A stretch of DNA of 10,910 bases, taken from a virus. Its lineage: Duplodnaviria; Heunggongvirae; Uroviricota; Caudoviricetes. Every line of letters starts with the position of its first letter. The first letter of the stretch is position 1. A model generated the notes under the pieces. The model was not told the origin of the DNA, searched no databases, and worked only from the letters and a program-made list of their open reading frames with translations. The position numbers and the translations under genes were made by a program. The stretch is taken from IMG/VR virus record IMGVR_UViG_2859827302_000011, one strand, 5' to 3'. Positions 8,702 to 10,910 of this stretch are shown here, one piece after another.

Positions 8702-9697
8702 GTGACCGTGAGAGCACTACTGCCCCCTGAAATTGCCCCGCGTATGGGGATCGTATTGTTCAGACCAGGTTCAGAGCTGATGCCCCTGTTTATGCAGGGG
8801 CGTGTCCTGCTGGAGCCTGAGCCGGAACGTTATTCATCTTTCGCCAGTGGTGCTGTTCCGGCGGCATCACAACCGCTGGCGGATGATCCTGACGTTCGGG
8901 CCGTGTTCCGCAATGAGGCAGTGATCCGTCGTGCTGGTGGCGTGGAATGTCTTGAAAGCTGGTTACTTCGTGAAAAAGGCTGCCAGTGGCCTCATTCCGA
9001 CTGGCACAGCGAGAACATGACAACAATGCGACACGCGCCGGGCGCAATCCGTCTGTGCTGGCACTGCGATAACCAGCTGCGCGATCAGTTCACGGAACGG
9101 CTGGAATCAATGGCAACGGATAACTGTGCCCGCTGGGTGTTGTCTGTTGTGCGTCGGGATCTCGGTTTTGATGATAGTCACGTTGTGACAATGCCGGAAC
9201 TGTGCTGGTGGCTGATTCGTAATGACCTGGCGGATGCCTTACCGGAAAGTGCAGCCCGTAAGGCACTGAGATTACCGAAGCCTGTTGTGCCGTCTGTCAC
9301 CCGGGAAAGTGACCTTGTGCCTTCGGTTCCTGCCACCAGCATCATCCAGGATAAGGTGAAAAAGGTGCTGGCGCTGAAAGTGGATCCGGAGTCGCCGGAG
9401 TCTTTTATGTTACGCCCAAAACGTCGCCGCTGGGTTAATGAAAAGTACACACGCTGGGTTAAGACACAGCCGTGTGCATGTTGTGGAAAGCCTGCTGATG
9501 ATCCCCTCCACCTGATAGGCCACGGTCAGGGGGGAATGGGTACAAAAGCGCATGACCTCTTTGTGTTGCCTTTGTGCAGAAAGCATCACGACGAGCTGCA
9601 TGCGGATACCGTGGCATTTGAAGAGAAGTATGGTTCCCAGCTGGAGCTGATATTTCGTTTTATCGATCGTGCGCTGGCAATAGGCGTACTGGCGTAA
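8702..9697 (+). CDS. DUF968-like prophage protein with a C-terminal HNH-like Cys/His motif
   Basis: The C-terminus carries CACCGKPADDPLHLIGHGQGG...LPLCRKHHDELHAD, an HNH-like metal-binding arrangement, and resembles the prophage protein family that includes Qin YdfU (recollection, not searched). Start ambiguous: GTG at 8702 or 8708, or ATG at 8744. Confidence 0.6.
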   Translation: MTVRALLPPEIAPRMGIVLFRPGSELMPLFMQGRVLLEPEPERYSSFASGAVPAASQPLADDPDVRAVFRNEAVIRRAGGVECLESWLLREKGCQWPHSDWHSENMTTMRHAPGAIRLCWHCDNQLRDQFTERLESMATDNCARWVLSVVRRDLGFDDSHVVTMPELCWWLIRNDLADALPESAARKALRLPKPVVPSVTRESDLVPSVPATSIIQDKVKKVLALKVDPESPESFMLRPKRRRWVNEKYTRWVKTQPCACCGKPADDPLHLIGHGQGGMGTKAHDLFVLPLCRKHHDELHADTVAFEEKYGSQLELIFRFIDRALAIGVLA

Positions 9698-9710
9698 GTG
9701 GAGAACGAGC

Positions 9711-10463
9711 ATGAACCTTGAAGCCTTACCGAAATATTACTCCCCGAAATCTCCAAAACTGAGCGATGACGCACCGGCGACAGGCTCTGGTGGTTTAACG
9801 ATTACGGATGTGATGGCTGCGCAGGGGATGGTGCAGTCGAAAGCACCGCTTGGGTTTGCCTTATTCCTGGCAAAAGTTGGTGTTCAGGATCCTCAGTTTG
9901 CGATTGAAGGTCTGCTCAATTACGCGATGGCACTGGATAACCCGACATTGAATAAATTGAGTGAAGAAACCCGGCTACAGATCATTCCTTACCTTGTGAA
10001 TTTTGCCTTTGCTGATTATTCTAGGTCTGCGGCAAGTAAGGCTCGCTGTGAGCATTGTGCTGGTACTGGATTTCATAATGTATTGCGCGAGGTGGTGAAA
10101 CACTCCAGAAGCGGGGAATCTGTTATCAAGGAAGAGTGGGTGAAGGAACTATGTCAGCATTGTCATGGTAAGGGAGAAGTCAGCACAGCGTGCAGAGGGT
10201 GTAAGGGTAAAGGTATTGTCCTGGATGAAAAAAGGACCCGGCTTCATGGCACGCCTGTTTATAAGATTTGTGGGCGTTGCAATGGAAACCGGTTTAGCCG
10301 TTTACCAACTACACTGGCACGACGTCATGTCCAGAAGCTGGTTCCAGACCTGACTGATTATCAGTGGTACAAAGGATATGCAGACGTAATTGATAAACTA
10401 GTAACAAAGTGCTGGCAGGAAGAAGCATATGCTGAAACACAATTGAGAAAGGTGACGAGATAA
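9711..10463 (+). CDS. Q: Late-gene antiterminator Q, phage 82 / QuuQ type (250 aa)
   Basis: The N-terminus (KYYSPKSPKLSDDAPATGSGGLTITDVMAAQGM) and C-terminus (LTDYQWYKGYADVIDKLVTKCWQEEAYAETQLRKVTR) match phage 82 Q as I recall it; central Cys-rich zinc-binding region; ribosome-binding site GGAGAA upstream; followed by a promoter-terminator pair in the expected late-promoter position. Confidence 0.85.
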   Translation: MNLEALPKYYSPKSPKLSDDAPATGSGGLTITDVMAAQGMVQSKAPLGFALFLAKVGVQDPQFAIEGLLNYAMALDNPTLNKLSEETRLQIIPYLVNFAFADYSRSAASKARCEHCAGTGFHNVLREVVKHSRSGESVIKEEWVKELCQHCHGKGEVSTACRGCKGKGIVLDEKRTRLHGTPVYKICGRCNGNRFSRLPTTLARRHVQKLVPDLTDYQWYKGYADVIDKLVTKCWQEEAYAETQLRKVTR

Positions 10464-10494
10464 GTGATTTTCGCCGAAGATGGCGACATGAAGC

Positions 10495-10523
10495 TTGCAT
10501 TTTTCAAAAAACATGGATAAGAT
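10495..10523 (+). promoter_or_regulatory. Putative Q-dependent late promoter pR' (-35 TTGCAT, 17-bp spacer, -10 TAAGAT)
   Basis: Sigma70-like hexamers at 10495-10500 and 10518-10523, directly after Q; the downstream string ctcaacgatggg resembles the initial transcribed region of the phage 82 late promoter as I recall it. Not verified. Confidence 0.45.
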
Positions 10524-10569
10524 TTTCTCAACGATGGGCTTTGTATGTCTGCCGTTGATAATTTTCACG

Positions 10570-10596
10570 AACCCGCTGTTGAGCGGGTTTTTATTT
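10570..10596 (+). terminator. Rho-independent terminator (putative tR')
   Basis: Perfect 8-bp stem aacccgct / agcgggtt (10570-10577 and 10582-10589) with a 4-nt loop, followed by tttttattt. Confidence 0.7.
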
Positions 10597-10601
10597 ACTT
10601 G

Positions 10602-10910
10602 GGTAATGACTCCAACTTACTGATAGTGTTTTATGTTCAGATAATGCCCGATGACCTTGTCATGCAGCTCCACCGATTTTGAGAACGACAGTGACTTCCG
10701 TCCCAGCCTTGCCAGATGTTGTCTCAGATTCAGATTATGTCGCTCAATGCGCTGAGTGTAACGCTTGCTGATAACGTGCAGCTTTCCCTTCAGGCGTGAT
10801 TCATACAGCGGCCAGCCATCCGTCATCCATACCACGACCTCAAAGGCCGACAGCAGGCTCAGAAGACGCTCCAGTGTGGCCAGAGTGCGTTCACCGAAGA
10901 CGTGCGCCAC
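10602..10910 (-). mobile_element. IS1: IS1 insertion sequence, copy B (only the first 309 bp are in the window), same orientation as copy A
   Basis: Starts with the IS1 terminal repeat GGTAATGACTCCAAC (10602-10616); 10617-10910 is identical to 1-294. Confidence 0.95.
10617..10910 (-). CDS. insB: IS1 InsB reading frame, 3' portion (cut by window edge)
   Basis: The 97-aa translation is identical to the C-terminal part of the InsB frame of copy A. Confidence 0.85.
   Translation of the reverse strand: MAHVFGERTLATLERLLSLLSAFEVVVWMTDGWPLYESRLKGKLHVISKRYTQRIERHNLNLRQHLARLGRKSLSFSKSVELHDKVIGHYLNIKHYQ

Noticed and set aside
10165-10500. Small ORFs (62-63 aa) on both strands overlapping the 3' end of Q
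   Set aside because: Embedded in or antisense to the Q gene, with no ribosome-binding site and no recognisable features.

Overview
This window is an IS-riddled fragment of a lambdoid (phage 82/21-like) prophage, most likely from Escherichia or Shigella (host assignment is inference from the IS content). Two identical IS1 copies in direct orientation (1-753 and 10602-10910, both cut by the window edges) bracket about 9.8 kb. Inside, left to right on the + strand: a putative holin, a lambda R-type endolysin truncated at about codon 86 by an IS911 element (1383-2631), an O-like replication initiator split by an IS66-family element (3023-5463) with a perfect 8-bp target duplication, then a tightly packed, translationally coupled block (hypothetical protein, N6-adenine methyltransferase, LexA-DNA-binding-domain-only protein, RusA resolvase, KilA-N protein, DUF968/HNH-like protein, Q antiterminator), followed by a putative late promoter and an intrinsic terminator. 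No immunity region, integrase, structural genes, tRNA, rRNA or CRISPR array is visible. I see no clear-cut undescribed multi-gene system; the most notable items are the peptidase-less LexA homolog, the unassigned 162-aa protein after the replication gene, and an IS-mediated rearrangement that places lysis genes upstream of the replication gene. All family assignments rest on reading the translated ORFs against remembered protein families, with no database search run.
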